From Oligoflexales bacterium (GTDB taxonomy: Bacteria; Bdellovibrionota_B; Oligoflexia; Oligoflexales; Bog-1112): a stretch of DNA of 64,000 nucleotides. The translations under genes and the position numbers were made by a program. Positions 10,073 to 19,264 of the stretch are shown piece by piece (the first letter of the stretch is position 1; each line of letters opens with the position of its first letter). The stretch lies in NCBI GenBank assembly GCA_045106415.1, contig JBGCEP010000018.1, positions 34,047-98,046 of the forward strand, given 5' to 3'. The notes under the pieces were generated by a model. It was not told the DNA's origin and ran no database searches. It saw nothing but the letters and a program-made list of their open reading frames with translations.

Positions 10073-10664
10073 AAATACTGTCAATAACAACCTCTGAGCC
10101 GTCTAAATGCCGCCGAACACGAGAAATATGACTATCAATCGTTCTCGGTGACACAACACGACCATCCCAAACCTTCTCTCTAATGATTTCTCTTGACACA
10201 CACCGAGACGGTGTTTGCATAAAAAGTTGGATCAAGTGAGCTTCTTTAGGGGAAAGTGTAATGTCTTCTTGACCCATCACTCGAAATCTTTGGTGAGTTT
10301 TTTCATACCAAAGATCCTTATAAATCATACAAGATCCACTCGCATGTTCAAGACGCTCACGAATATGCTCAACAACATCTGCTCGAGGAGTTTGATCAGA
10401 AAGGCAGTCTAAAGAGTCATGAGTCGCCACACCTAAGTAAAGCCGCGGGACTGACGGTAAAAAATGCTGAAACCATTCTTCAATCTGATCAACATGCCGA
10501 TCAAGACCAGCTGTCGCAATAACAGCAAGATTGGCAACCTGTGGTGTATCAAACTTCACAAGGTTTCTAAAACTCTCAAAACTCCCAAAAGCTCGAACCG
10601 CGACATTGCCAATAAGAGCCGGAACCCACTTGGATTCAACATCAATAAGCCATAGACCTCGCAT
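10047..10664 (-). CDS. OmpR/PhoB-type winged-helix DNA-binding protein with a degenerate (pseudo-)receiver domain
   Basis: C-terminus has LSPKEAHLIQLF, VSREIIREKVWDGRVVSPRTIDSHISRVRRHL and YGDGYVM, a trans_reg_C pattern. The N-terminal ~100 aa lack the acidic pocket (LIDVES) and have LAVIATAG where the phospho-Asp strand normally sits. Confidence 0.75.
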   Translation of the reverse strand: MRGLWLIDVESKWVPALIGNVAVRAFGSFESFRNLVKFDTPQVANLAVIATAGLDRHVDQIEEWFQHFLPSVPRLYLGVATHDSLDCLSDQTPRADVVEHIRERLEHASGSCMIYKDLWYEKTHQRFRVMGQEDITLSPKEAHLIQLFMQTPSRCVSREIIREKVWDGRVVSPRTIDSHISRVRRHLDGSEVVIDSIYGDGYVMR

Positions 10665-10704
10665 ATTCCATCCTTCGAAAAAAGAGTTGCCTATGACGAG
10701 TATA

Positions 10705-11667
10705 TCAAGGAGTCTTCAACTCTTTCCAGGAAGGCACCCATTCTTCTTCAGGAGGCTCTGTGTTGGGATCCATATGGATCACCACATCAATATCCGGCCA
10801 ACGCTTTCGCAGCGCCAGGGTCACATCATCGCTCACTTGGTGAGCTTCCTGCAGTGACATAGAGGCTTCTAAAACCATATGAAAATCTAAAAAAAGATGA
10901 GGCCCCAATTGCCTTGTTCTCAATTTATGCACACCTCTGCATTGCGGATGACCCTGAATCACTTTTACAATATCTTTTTGCAGCTCAGGATCGACTTCTT
11001 TGTGCATCACATCATGAATACAAGGAAGCAAAATATCTTTCGCTGTCCAAGCGAAAAGCAAAGCACCGACACCACCAAAAAGAGCATCCAACATTGAAAG
11101 TTGAAAAAACCACACACACCCTAAACCCAATGCCCCAACAGCATTCACCGCTGCATCTCCAGCATAGTGAGCTCTATCGGCCTTCAAAGATAAGGAACGT
11201 TGTGCCATTTTTTTCTCTGCACGCGCAAGGTATGCCTGAATCCCCCAACCACCAATCGCTGCACAAATCATGATCAAGATACCCGTCAGCAGAGTTCCTT
11301 CTTCTAACCATCCATCATCATCGGAAAATTTACGAACAGACTCAGAAAACAACGCAGCTGCAAGAAACAAAATAACCAAGCCCTGTATAAAGCCTGCGAT
11401 CACCTCTAATCCACCATGCCCAAAAGGGTGTTCTCTATCAGCATCCGTACGAGCTAAAGCATGCAGTTTATGATTGACCACCGACATCACAGAATCAGCC
11501 AAAGAATCCAATAAAGACCCCAATACGATCATCGACCCCGTCCACCACCATGCACAAAACTTGAGCACTGACAGCAATAAACTCGCAATAGCAGCAACCT
11601 TAAGAGGTGCGGCTGCAAACTCTTTATCGCATTCTTTGGTTCCAAGGTTTGTAGAGGTCATGTTCAA
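10705..11667 (-). CDS. cation diffusion facilitator (CDF) family metal efflux transporter
   Basis: Six predicted TM segments, LLDSLADS and HYAGDA motifs in TM2/TM5, and a C-terminal cytoplasmic domain (VHKLRTRQLGPHLFLDFH). The start overlaps the ubiX stop by about 40 nt. Confidence 0.9.
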   Translation of the reverse strand: MNMTSTNLGTKECDKEFAAAPLKVAAIASLLLSVLKFCAWWWTGSMIVLGSLLDSLADSVMSVVNHKLHALARTDADREHPFGHGGLEVIAGFIQGLVILFLAAALFSESVRKFSDDDGWLEEGTLLTGILIMICAAIGGWGIQAYLARAEKKMAQRSLSLKADRAHYAGDAAVNAVGALGLGCVWFFQLSMLDALFGGVGALLFAWTAKDILLPCIHDVMHKEVDPELQKDIVKVIQGHPQCRGVHKLRTRQLGPHLFLDFHMVLEASMSLQEAHQVSDDVTLALRKRWPDIDVVIHMDPNTEPPEEEWVPSWKELKTP

Positions 11668-12229
11668 AACCCATCATATCTAAAGTTTTTCCGACTATAA
11701 AATTAACAATATCTAAAGTCGTCTGAGGTTTTGTGTAAAAACCCGGGTTAGGAGGTAAAATATCGACCCCCATTTCCGCAAGGGATAACATATTTCTAAG
11801 ATGAAGTGCACTATATGGAGCTTCTCTAGGTGATAAAATCATACGACGACGCTCTTTCATCATAACGTCAGCTGCCCTTTCCAACAGGCACGTCGATAAC
11901 CCTGCAGAAATACGAGCCAATGTCCCCATGGAGCACGGCAAGACAATCATATCAGTTGCTGCAGAGGTCCCACTTGCTATGGGCGAAAAAAAGTCGTCAT
12001 TACGAAAAAAACGCACAACTGAATCTTTAACACCTTGATTTTCGACTGCTTTATAAAGAGAAAAGCCCTCATCATGAGGTTTCAGTTCATGGCGAATCAC
12101 AGCATGCCCTGAAGTGGTACACACAAGATAAATTCGATCTACTCGTGATTCTAACTCTTGAATAAGGCGCTCCCCCATCCACACACCAGAAGCACCTGTA
12201 ATTCCGACAATAACTCGTCTTTTAGACAT
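11624..12229 (-). CDS. ubiX: UbiX/Pad1-family flavin prenyltransferase
   Basis: RRVIVGITGASG N-terminus, LPCSMGTLA, and about 200 aa. Confidence 0.9.
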   Translation of the reverse strand: MSKRRVIVGITGASGVWMGERLIQELESRVDRIYLVCTTSGHAVIRHELKPHDEGFSLYKAVENQGVKDSVVRFFRNDDFFSPIASGTSAATDMIVLPCSMGTLARISAGLSTCLLERAADVMMKERRRMILSPREAPYSALHLRNMLSLAEMGVDILPPNPGFYTKPQTTLDIVNFIVGKTLDMMGFEHDLYKPWNQRMR

Positions 12230-12250
12230 ATAAAACCTTTTTAACCATAG

Positions 12251-13162
12251 CTAGACACCATGAACCGTGCGTATCCATAAATCAAGCTGCGTCATCAAAA
12301 AAAACACAACCCCAACCCAGCCGTTCACATTAAAAAAAGCTGCATCTAAATTTTTTGATGATCCGTCAACAGCAGCGTCTTTGACTAGCCAGTGCTCAAA
12401 GATCAAAATGATAGCAATCAAACCAACACCTGCGTTATACAGCAAACCACCTTCCCACAGAGCCCCTACTTTTAAAAGGCACAAGATCATGCCAACAAAC
12501 GACAGACGACTAAGCCACAAAGATTGGAAAGGAGAAAAACGTGACGGGACACTTTTAAGTCCTTGCCTTTGATCGAAAGAGCTGTCCTGTAGTGAATATA
12601 AAATATCAAAGCCTGCGGTCCACAATGCTACAGCGAGCCCTAGAAAAATCTGCACAAGTTGAGCTTGGCCGTCTAAAGCAATCGCCACAGCCACTGGCGC
12701 AAGTCCTAAACAAACACCCAAATACCAATGTGTCATCCAGCTCATTCTTTTCATCATCGAATACCCTGCTAAAATTCCCAATACAGGAAGAGCCAATAAA
12801 CCTGATAACGGGTTTAACCCGAAGGCTGCTAAAATAAAAATCACCGCAGCCAGCAAAGAATAAGACAAAGTTTGATAAGGCGTTAGTACCCCGGCTGGGA
12901 TTGCCCTGTACTTTGTTCGTGGGTTTTGAGCATCAATATCAGCGTCTAAATATCGATTCATTCCCATAGCAAAGGTCCGAGCGCCAAACATTGCTAAAAA
13001 AAGATATAAAATCTTATCCAAGGTTGGCCAGCCTGTCTGAGTTGTTAAAATTGCTGAAGCTGCAAAAGGAAGGGCAAAAACCGTATGAGAAAGCTTAATA
13101 TCTTTCGCAAATGCAATTGCATGTTTCATAAATTTCATCTCCGCCAAAATTTTGACACTCAT
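12251..13162 (-). CDS. UbiA-family aromatic prenyltransferase (4-hydroxybenzoate polyprenyltransferase-like; MqnP-type role plausible)
   Basis: NRYLDADIDAQNPRTKYRAIPAG first Asp-rich motif, DILYSLQD second motif, and 8-9 TM segments. It is paired with ubiX. Confidence 0.88.
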   Translation of the reverse strand: MSVKILAEMKFMKHAIAFAKDIKLSHTVFALPFAASAILTTQTGWPTLDKILYLFLAMFGARTFAMGMNRYLDADIDAQNPRTKYRAIPAGVLTPYQTLSYSLLAAVIFILAAFGLNPLSGLLALPVLGILAGYSMMKRMSWMTHWYLGVCLGLAPVAVAIALDGQAQLVQIFLGLAVALWTAGFDILYSLQDSSFDQRQGLKSVPSRFSPFQSLWLSRLSFVGMILCLLKVGALWEGGLLYNAGVGLIAIILIFEHWLVKDAAVDGSSKNLDAAFFNVNGWVGVVFFLMTQLDLWIRTVHGV

Positions 13163-13239
13163 CTTCTAAAAACGCATCTATCATGAAGGGAAATTCATGA
13201 GATATCAAGAAAACTCATCAAAGCACCGAAAAGGGGTGT

Positions 13240-13563
13240 ATGGATACTCTTATGAAAAAATATTTATATCTTCTATGCTTTATATGTTCCAGCTGCACAA
13301 CTGGAGGGTCATATCAAGATATTGATAGAACCGTTGTTATGCCTTTTTTAAAAAACTCACCGAACGAATGTTATTATTTAGACGATTTCATGCCTGTCCC
13401 CAATAATCTTGTTACAGGGAAAAACGGTTCTATGAATCTTCGCTATTACACCTACGATTCAGCTCTTTATAAAGATTGGGGTGACCGAAGAGTGATCCTC
13501 TCCTTTTACTCAAAAGATCAACGCTGCTGGACGTTATTTGAGGAGGCTTACGTTGTTGAATAA
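13240..13563 (+). CDS. small hypothetical lipoprotein
   Basis: Signal peptide with a Cys-rich lipobox-like end (LLCFICSSCTTGG) and an AAGGGG SD. No recognisable domain. Confidence 0.55.
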   Translation: MDTLMKKYLYLLCFICSSCTTGGSYQDIDRTVVMPFLKNSPNECYYLDDFMPVPNNLVTGKNGSMNLRYYTYDSALYKDWGDRRVILSFYSKDQRCWTLFEEAYVVE

Positions 13564-14515
13564 CTTCATACTCAAACCACAATTTCTAGCCATTACATTT
13601 ATTTTTGCACCTCTTTTCTCATGTCAAAGCACAATGACAGCCAGCTCACATACCATTGATATTGATCAAGAGCTTTTAAGAGAATCTGTTCATGAATATA
13701 AAATGGCTCTCAAAAAAAACCCAACCAACACAGGACTTCACCATAAACTCGGTATAGCCCTTGTTCGTTCACGACAATATAAACAAGCTGTTCGACACCT
13801 CGAAAAAGGGAGCCCACAAGAAAAAGATTCTTTTGAAAACACTTTTTATCTCGCTGAAGCTTACCGAGGACTCGAAAAATTTGCGCAAGCAATTTTTTAC
13901 TACAATAAAGCACTCACCTATGACTCCCAAAATAAAGACACACTCACAGCTCTTTCTTGGAGTTATTTTCGCATTCGATATTACAGTGAAGCACTCGCCA
14001 CATCTCAACGAGTTCTGAAAATTGCTCCTCGGCATACAGAGGGCGCTATTATCCTTGCGCGAACACTCTTAAAACTCAACCAGCCACAAAAAGCAGGTCA
14101 AGTTATTAAAAAATCTAGAAAGACCGCTCAAAAAAACATGAGGCCTTACCTCGATAGCGTCATAGGCGATATTTATTATTCACAACACTCTTATAATAAA
14201 AGCATTCAATCCTATCGACGAGCTTTAAGAAAAGAGCCTATGCTAGCAGGAGCGTTATTTGGTCTTGGAAAATGTCTCATTCAAAAAGGCCGGCCAAAGG
14301 CAGCTATCCACTACATGAAAGAAGCTCTCAAAATTCGACCACAATACAGCGACATCCACTTTCAACTCGCAAAAGTGTTAGAGCAAGACGATCCAAAATC
14401 ATCTCTCAATCATTATAAAAAATTTCGCGGCATGTCACACTCAGATCCTGAACATTTGAACCAGGTGAGAGAAGCACAGCGAAAAATACAAATTCTCAAG
14501 AACAAAACATTTTAA
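13553..14515 (+). CDS. TPR-repeat lipoprotein
   Basis: Repeated 34-aa TPR pattern (A..Y....L..P.N). The likely TTG start at 13553 follows a GAGGAGG SD and gives the signal/lipobox ...FAPLFSC. The ORF-track start at 13538 is also TTG. Confidence 0.8.
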   Translation: MLNNFILKPQFLAITFIFAPLFSCQSTMTASSHTIDIDQELLRESVHEYKMALKKNPTNTGLHHKLGIALVRSRQYKQAVRHLEKGSPQEKDSFENTFYLAEAYRGLEKFAQAIFYYNKALTYDSQNKDTLTALSWSYFRIRYYSEALATSQRVLKIAPRHTEGAIILARTLLKLNQPQKAGQVIKKSRKTAQKNMRPYLDSVIGDIYYSQHSYNKSIQSYRRALRKEPMLAGALFGLGKCLIQKGRPKAAIHYMKEALKIRPQYSDIHFQLAKVLEQDDPKSSLNHYKKFRGMSHSDPEHLNQVREAQRKIQILKNKTF

Positions 14516-14524
14516 GGCCCAAAA

Positions 14525-14872
14525 TCAAAGGTGCCTCATCTCGGCTTTACGGTAACTCATAAGGCTTCGTTTCGCCTCAAATAAGTTTTTATATGAATCA
14601 TAGCGCACTTTCAACGCTTCTGATTTTGCACGAGCATCGGCCAATTTATCAAGAAAGAGGACCCATTTTTCATCAGTCTCAGTCAACCGTTTCAACTTAG
14701 CCTCTGAAATCGAACCATCATCGTAAGAATCTGTAATACGAGCTTTTTCAGTAGCTTTTAACATCTCAAGCTTTTCACTCAAACGACGTGCCTCCACATA
14801 CTCAAGGCCAACTTGATTCGCCAGGCGCACAATGTCTTCTAAATCTAAAGGCTGTTTTTTGTCCTGAACCAT
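14525..14872 (-). CDS. hypothetical coiled-coil protein
   Basis: 115-119 aa (ATG 14872 or GTG 14884), highly charged and helical. No motif recognised. Confidence 0.55.
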   Translation of the reverse strand: MVQDKKQPLDLEDIVRLANQVGLEYVEARRLSEKLEMLKATEKARITDSYDDGSISEAKLKRLTETDEKWVLFLDKLADARAKSEALKVRYDSYKNLFEAKRSLMSYRKAEMRHL

Positions 14873-15079
14873 CAGAAACCCCACGAGAACCAGAATCGTA
14901 ACATAGCAGGGTCTTCACGTATCAAGCCATCAAAAACGACGCATCATCAACTCTTCAGCATCTAAGAATTATAAGCAAACTATTTCAAGATCTTATAAAC
15001 ACAAGACCATAAGGCTCAAGATTACTGGCCAATTGGCCGATCCATTAGAAAAGCTATTCAAGCCATCAAGGAGGATGGG

Positions 15080-15664
15080 ATGAGTCTGGATTTTGTAAGT
15101 CCTACAGAGTTCTTTCGAGAGCAAATCCAACAATCAGGTCAGCGACAAGGAATCGAATTTTCCTCGGACATTGAGTTTTATCTCGTCAACTTGCTGTGTG
15201 ATTTTATTCATACGTCAAAAATAAATTCCCCAGAAGAAGAGATCAACATTCTTGAAAAACCGTTTGCCTTAGTTCTCAAAACAGCCCTGGAGTCACCTCC
15301 TTCTGACCGATACCGAATTTTTCGCCACCTTGGTGATTCTAGCCTTTATGTTGCCGGCTATTTTCAAGACTCATTCAACCGCAAGGTCTATGATATCGAA
15401 TATGTTGCAAATGTTGGAGCTCGCGCTTATTGGGAAGCGGCCCCTTTTGCCGGAGAGCAAAAAAGTGTCTTCATTGCGCTATCAGAGAGAATGAGAGAGT
15501 GGGTTGAAGTCATAGCAGATGTCTCTGATCAATTCGGAAGATCAAATAAGGATTTGCTTGCGCTGTACGACAGATGGACGAAAAATCCCACTCCTCGACT
15601 GCGCAGACATCTTGAAGAATCAGGAATTAACCCTATTTTAACAAATATGAAAGATCCGCAATAA
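15080..15664 (+). CDS. hypothetical protein (first gene of a coupled pair)
   Basis: Strong AAGGAGGA SD before ATG 15080, 194 aa, no motif recognised. Its stop overlaps the next start (TAATG). Confidence 0.7.
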   Translation: MSLDFVSPTEFFREQIQQSGQRQGIEFSSDIEFYLVNLLCDFIHTSKINSPEEEINILEKPFALVLKTALESPPSDRYRIFRHLGDSSLYVAGYFQDSFNRKVYDIEYVANVGARAYWEAAPFAGEQKSVFIALSERMREWVEVIADVSDQFGRSNKDLLALYDRWTKNPTPRLRRHLEESGINPILTNMKDPQ

Positions 15665-16311
15665 TGTCGCGTTACAGCGAGAGTTTTCTCAACATTGTAC
15701 GCTCGATTGAATCGATAATAGCGGCCTATTATGGCGGATCTCTTTATGCGTATGCCGAGAATTTTCTCTGCCAAGAGGAATTGAAATACGGTGACCGAGG
15801 CTGTTTATTCTTACGACAAAGCACAGACCACCTTGATCTTTCTATTCATTTTCATCAAGACATTTATGACTCCCTTTCAAACAACAACCCTCTTGAGTTG
15901 TTATTTGAAAAAAATATCGACGCCTTCTGCGTGGTGATTGAAGAAGTGAGCCATTTTCATATGATTTTAAATTTCCAAGATCACCAATTATCCTGGATAG
16001 ATTTAGAGCTACAAGCAGAAATAGACAAGCTCCTCGTATGCTCCTTGCTTCTACACCAGCAACAAGGTTCCTATCACATTTCAGCTCTCGTTCACCTACT
16101 ATTCGATCGAGCTTCACTTCCTCACAGCTCATCACGCGCATACCATGAAGCAAACCGACTAGGGGCTTATTTTTGGTATAGAGCGATAGAGCAAGGTCTC
16201 GGGAGTCAATTTACTCTTTTTGATCCGAAATTTCGCAGAATGATGATCAAAAATTATCGCTCACGATCAGCGGAAAGAAAGACTCCACTGCGACAACCTG
16301 TCGCTTTATAG
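15664..16311 (+). CDS. hypothetical protein (second gene of a coupled pair)
   Basis: ATG 15664 shares one nucleotide with the upstream TAA. 215 aa with coding-like composition. It contains EEVSHFH but no canonical HExxH. Confidence 0.65.
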   Translation: MSRYSESFLNIVRSIESIIAAYYGGSLYAYAENFLCQEELKYGDRGCLFLRQSTDHLDLSIHFHQDIYDSLSNNNPLELLFEKNIDAFCVVIEEVSHFHMILNFQDHQLSWIDLELQAEIDKLLVCSLLLHQQQGSYHISALVHLLFDRASLPHSSSRAYHEANRLGAYFWYRAIEQGLGSQFTLFDPKFRRMMIKNYRSRSAERKTPLRQPVAL

Positions 16312-17265
16312 TTTTTCTATCTGTTCACGGATGACACGCATTTTCATTGCAAGTTCAACTTTTCCTTCAGAGGCCCAAAATTCTTGTTGCACCTGCAATA
16401 GTTCATCATCACCATCAATCTGTATCACCTGCATAAAATCACGGTAAGCATCTCGAAGATAGTTTTGTTCTAAGAACCAGACACCTCGACGCAACCACCC
16501 TTTTGAATTTTCTGGTGAAAGTCTCAAGACATCTGTCAAAATGCGGTAAGATTTTGCTTCGTCATCTTTGTCTCGACCACTCCATAAGGATTCAAGCCGC
16601 TCTGCCGTATCATTTATCGAGAGTAAGCGTTGCCCCTGGTAAAAGAACCCTACCCCAGTCAAACATAGCCCCAAGAGCGCAACTGGGAGCCAACGTTTCC
16701 ACCGGGCAGAAAACTTTGAGCATAAGGCCACAGCACCTATAACATAACCTGCTACCCACCCTCCAAAATGCCCAGCTTGATCTAAACCTGGAATAACAAG
16801 ACCTATTGCACTATTTAACAAGAACATTTTCCAAAAAGGACCATCAATCTTTTTACCTAACCCATGTTCAAAAAAACATCCAACACCCAAAAGCCCAAAC
16901 AGCGCCGTTGAAGCCCCCGCACCTGTCGAAAAGCTCCAACTGCTGCCCAATATATTACCGGTCACAATGCAGAAGAGGTAAACAATCAAAAAAGCGAGAC
17001 TTCCCAAAAGCTCTTCAATTTGAGGGCCAAGATAATGAAGAGCAAGTTGATTCACAGCAAAGTGAATCAGGCCAATATGAATAAAACCTGCCGTTAACAG
17101 ACGCCAAACATCCCCCCGAGCAAGCAACACTGTGTCTCGGGCACCAAAGTTCAAAAGCACCTCAGAATCTGGCACCAAAAAGCTTGAAGAAAACCACGAA
17201 ACCAACAAAAACAACACCGTATTCACAGCAAGTAAGCATAACGTTACAGGGAAGCGTTTTTGCAT
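16306..17265 (-). CDS. rhomboid-family intramembrane serine protease with a C-terminal TPR-like domain
   Basis: WRLLTAGFIHIGLIHFAVN, the catalytic Ser region GAGASTALFGLLG and the His region AGHFGGWVAGYVIG. Multi-TM, with a soluble helical-repeat tail. ATG 17265 (or GTG 17268) overlaps the upstream stop. Confidence 0.85.
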   Translation of the reverse strand: MQKRFPVTLCLLAVNTVLFLLVSWFSSSFLVPDSEVLLNFGARDTVLLARGDVWRLLTAGFIHIGLIHFAVNQLALHYLGPQIEELLGSLAFLIVYLFCIVTGNILGSSWSFSTGAGASTALFGLLGVGCFFEHGLGKKIDGPFWKMFLLNSAIGLVIPGLDQAGHFGGWVAGYVIGAVALCSKFSARWKRWLPVALLGLCLTGVGFFYQGQRLLSINDTAERLESLWSGRDKDDEAKSYRILTDVLRLSPENSKGWLRRGVWFLEQNYLRDAYRDFMQVIQIDGDDELLQVQQEFWASEGKVELAMKMRVIREQIEKL

Positions 17266-17678
17266 CACAGAACCTGATAATCACTGCGAGGGGCATGCAT
17301 TTGCAGATAGGATTCCCCCTGAAGAGGTTCTTTTTTTCCCGTTTGAGAAAGAAGCCACACCCTTCTTCCATCTTTAAATTTCACATGAACTTGCATAACT
17401 TCTACAAAAGATCCCTGAACTTTATCAACCACGACCGAAAGATCCATAACCTGCCCAACTCGAACATCCATATGTGCTTCTTCTGCTTGGAGCTGAATTC
17501 GATCTTGCGGTTCTTTTTTCTTTTCGACAGCTTCCCACACAATAGAGTGCTGTCCTGCTGAAAGTATTTTTACCTCAACAACCTTATAAACTCCTTGGTG
17601 AAGACTACCGTGCGTTAACTCTTCTTTGGCAACTAACCTCTGAGATAAAAGCCCTAAAATCACAATCATCGTTTTCAT
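17265..17678 (-). CDS. small exported hypothetical protein
   Basis: 137 aa with the signal peptide MKTMIVILGLLSQRLVA. It is coupled at both ends: ATGA with the lyase stop, TGATG with the rhomboid start. Confidence 0.6.
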   Translation of the reverse strand: MKTMIVILGLLSQRLVAKEELTHGSLHQGVYKVVEVKILSAGQHSIVWEAVEKKKEPQDRIQLQAEEAHMDVRVGQVMDLSVVVDKVQGSFVEVMQVHVKFKDGRRVWLLSQTGKKEPLQGESYLQMHAPRSDYQVL

Positions 17679-19264
17679 ACGTTCTCCCCTGAGAAATCTT
17701 CTAATACTTTTATCAATTTACCATCTCGAATCCAGCGCGAGACAGCTTCAATATCGTGACTCATTGCACGATCACCATGCGACAGCGGTACAAACTCACG
17801 AACAGCTTTCCAGACCGCTTCCACTCGAGGGGCTGGCTTCAACGGTTGTAGATAATCAAGGCCTTGGCATGCAGCCAAAAGCTCTATAGCGAGGACCTTT
17901 TCAACATTTCTTAAAATTTGACGAGCTTTACGAGCAGCAATAGGCCCCATACTGACGTGATCCTCTTGATCTGCTGATGTTGGAATCGAATCAGTACAAG
18001 CTGGGTTTGCGAGCCCTTTATTCTCTGACACCAAAGAGGCCGCTACCACATGCGGAATCATATAGCCTGACTGCAAACCACTTTCTTCAGCCAAAAATGC
18101 AACCTGCCCACCAGAGAGGTGGGGGTTCATGAGCTTATCAATGCGACGTTCAGAGATAGACCCCATTTCAGCCATAGCGATACCAAGCACATCCATCCCT
18201 AAACTCACAGGCTGCCCGTGGAAGTTCCCTCCACTCAGAACATCACCATTTTCAAAAACCAACGGATTATCTGTCACTGCATTCAGCTCGTCTTCTATGG
18301 TTTGATGCACCCAGCTTAAGGCGTCTCGAGTGGCTCCATGAACTTGTGGTAGACAACGAAAACTATAAGGATCTTGCACACGATCACAATCAACATGGGA
18401 TTCATGAATTTCGTCGCTCCCTTCAAACATGAGGCGCATCTTATCTGCTTCAATTTGTTGACCTAAATGATGCCTTACCTGATGAATTCTCTTATCAAAA
18501 GGGGTATAACTTCCTCTTAAAGCCGTTAAGCTCACAGCCGCAATGACACTCGCACTTTCCAAAACGATCCAAGATTCTTCAACAGCATGCGCACCAAGAA
18601 CCGCCATAAGATGAGTTCCGTTAATCAGAGCAAGACCTTCTTTTGCTTGCAAACATACTGGCTCTATTTGAAGTTTTTCGAGCACTTGTCCTACATGCTG
18701 TTTCTGGCCTTGATAGATCACTTCACCTTCACCAATCAATCCCAGGGCAAGGTGCGCCAAAGGGGCTAGATCTCCCGAAGCTCCCACACTTCCTTGTTCG
18801 GGAATGACAGGAAGAATATCGTTTTCTAAAAACCTCAATAAAGTTTTAACAAGATCCGTACGGACACCACTATACCCATGTAAAAAACTATGAGCCCTTA
18901 AAAGCAAAAGCCCTCTCACAATCTCTTCTTCTAAATCACGACCCACACCACAGGCATGCGATCGAATCAAGTTCACCTGGAGCTGTTCAAGTTTATCGTT
19001 TTCAACGCGTACACGTGCTAAAAAACCAAAACCTGTATTAATCCCATAATGACTCAAACCATCTTGAACAGCATGCTCGACACGAGCCCTGCTTTCTTCC
19101 ACCAAAGTCCAATTATCAACAACCACTCGAGGGTTTGCAGACTTCACTAAAGACACAAGTTGATGAGTTGTAAGCCTTGCCCCTAAGGTAAAGCTCTCAG
19201 CATCATGATGATTCCAAGATCTTTTTGAGACCACTTCTTTTTCAAGGTCTACCCGTGTCGTCAT
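17675..19264 (-). CDS. hutH: histidine ammonia-lyase (MIO-dependent aromatic amino acid lyase family)
   Basis: ASGDLAPLA MIO triad, GINTGFG, LIRSHACGVG (Ser-His at the selectivity switch, as in HAL), and NPLV...SGGNFHGQP. ATG 19264 gives 529 aa. Confidence 0.92.
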   Translation of the reverse strand: MTTRVDLEKEVVSKRSWNHHDAESFTLGARLTTHQLVSLVKSANPRVVVDNWTLVEESRARVEHAVQDGLSHYGINTGFGFLARVRVENDKLEQLQVNLIRSHACGVGRDLEEEIVRGLLLLRAHSFLHGYSGVRTDLVKTLLRFLENDILPVIPEQGSVGASGDLAPLAHLALGLIGEGEVIYQGQKQHVGQVLEKLQIEPVCLQAKEGLALINGTHLMAVLGAHAVEESWIVLESASVIAAVSLTALRGSYTPFDKRIHQVRHHLGQQIEADKMRLMFEGSDEIHESHVDCDRVQDPYSFRCLPQVHGATRDALSWVHQTIEDELNAVTDNPLVFENGDVLSGGNFHGQPVSLGMDVLGIAMAEMGSISERRIDKLMNPHLSGGQVAFLAEESGLQSGYMIPHVVAASLVSENKGLANPACTDSIPTSADQEDHVSMGPIAARKARQILRNVEKVLAIELLAACQGLDYLQPLKPAPRVEAVWKAVREFVPLSHGDRAMSHDIEAVSRWIRDGKLIKVLEDFSGENV

